Source: Felis catus (lineage: Eukaryota). From it: DNA of 64,000 bases. Position 1 is the stretch's first letter, and each line of letters starts with the position of its first letter. Shown one piece after another: positions 62,470 through 64,000 of this stretch. The stretch lies in NCBI RefSeq assembly GCF_018350175.1, contig NC_058368.1:72976001-73040000 (forward strand), in the 5' to 3' direction. The translations under genes and the position numbers were made by a program. Below the pieces are notes generated by a model. It was given only the letters and a program-made list of their open reading frames with translations. It did no database searches and was not told the origin of the DNA.

Positions 62470-63307
62470 TAACAAAACTTTGGATATTCCCTCTCATACC
62501 TGTTCTTCCACAGTTTTCCCCATTTTAGTATGTGAAAGTTCCACCCTTCCAGTGGCTCAGGCCAAAACTGCAGACTCAGCTTTCTAAGATTTAGGCAAAT
62601 TCTGTAGGTCTTTACCTTCAAACTATGGTTCACCCCCTTTATCACTACCAGCCTGATCCAAGCCACTGAACATAGATCAACTGAATCTCTGAAGCAGTCT
62701 CCTGACCTCCACTCTTGCCTCCTTCAGCAGCAGACTGACTCTTCTGAAACTTAAGCCAGATGGAGTCACTACTCTGCGAAGACCTCTTCAGAGGCTCCTG
62801 TCTCATTTCAAGTAGCGGCCAAAGTTCCATAAAATTGACTACAAGGTGCTACCTGCTCTAGCCTTCTGTTACTTCTCCAACCTCACCACCTTCTCATCTC
62901 CCCTCACTCTTGACTGTGGCTCCAGCATTGTCTTTGCTGGTCTGGGCATGTGCCAGGCTCCCCCACCTCAGAGTTTTTGAACCTGCTCTTTCCTCCATGG
63001 GAGACGTCCCACACAGCCTCTGTCCTCCTCTCCCTGAATTCTTACCTCTCTCACCTTCCCTGATCCCACCTCACACCATCCCCTTTCCCTTTCCTTCTTT
63101 GTTTACTGAAGCATTCCTCACTGTCTAATACATGATATCATTTTTTTTTTTTAATTTGGCTGAATTTTGTCTAGCTTCCGGACTCTAGAATGAAAGTTCC
63201 CTGAGGACAAGGATCTTTATTTGTTCTTTTCACAGCTGTCTCCCCAGCACCTATAACAAAGCCTGGCCAAATGAAGAGCTCAAATTAAATTGCTGGACAA
63301 ATGCATA
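62470..63307 (+). mobile_element. L2 LINE 3' portion (L2a-like)
   Basis: ccttccagtggctcaggccaaaac; tccaagccac; ctagaatgaaagttccctgaggacaagga...ccccagcacctataacaaagcctggc. Confidence 0.85.
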
Positions 63308-63629
63308 AACTTAGAAGATCATCTCTGGTTCAACCCCTTAGTTTTGTAGATGAAATATCTGATCTTCCTACCTGAAAACAAAGTCAGATGTGAGAGTCTC
63401 CCGTGTCATTCTGTTTCCATGATTTCACAGAAAGCCTAGAAACTTCAACACAACACTTATCGTTGTTGACATGCAAAAGAATAAAGTCTGTGATAAACTG
63501 GGTTCTTGGATCTTTGTCATCATGCTGACTTTTAATCTGTTTTTTAATTGGTTTCCTGTCAAGTTTTTCAACATTTATACTCCAACCATTAAATAAACTA
63601 TGTATTTCCATTCTTGACTACAAAAGTAG

Positions 63630-63905
63630 TAGACAAATTTTCCACTTGTATGAGATACCTAGAAGAGTCAAATTCATAAAGACAAAAAAGTAGAATGGTG
63701 GTTTTCAGGGGCCAGGGGGTGGGGAGGGATAGGCATTTGTTGTTTAGTAGGGACAGACTTTCAGTTTGCAAGATTTGGAAAGAGTTCTGGAGAGAGATGG
63801 TAGTAATGGCTGCACAACAATGTGACTGTACATGTAAAAATTATTAAGATGGTAAATTTTATGTTACGTGTGTTTTAACACAATTAAAAGTAAACATAAA
63901 AAAAT
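63630..63905 (+). mobile_element. L1MB-like 3' end
   Basis: ttccacttgtatgagatacctagaagagtcaaattcataaagac...agagttctggagagagatggt...atggtaaattttatgttacgtg...cacaattaaaa. Confidence 0.88.
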
Positions 63906-64000
63906 TAGAAGGTCATTTTCAGCACTTTTTAAATGGCTAGGTATTAAAGAGTTCAGAATTATTCTCTCAAGTTCTATACATATTGTATTTATACATACAC

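Overview
Non-coding mammalian genomic DNA, almost certainly from a cat-family (felid) genome: it carries about 23 tRNA-derived carnivore SINEs of the feline SINEC_Fc type and a young feline-type L1 3' end. Much of the window is interspersed repeats (CanSINEs, young and old L1, L2, MIR, one CR1/L3 relic, MaLR/ERVL solo LTRs, hAT and Tigger DNA-transposon relics) plus microsatellites. I recognise no protein-coding gene, RNA gene or CRISPR array; the ORF track is explained by repeats and chance. Six of seven L1 fragments lie on the + strand, which weakly suggests a long intron of a minus-strand gene. On that strand I see two well-formed candidate small exons (8420-8458, 35692-35781) and a candidate recursive splice site (about 35128). 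Other points of interest are retrotransposition or repair oddities: a 5'-inverted L1 with a large internal gap, a SINE target site used twice, nested insertions and a fold-back triplication. I find no convincing evidence of a novel multi-gene system. Repeat subfamily names are from recall of consensus sequences and need RepeatMasker/Dfam confirmation; boundaries of old repeats are approximate.
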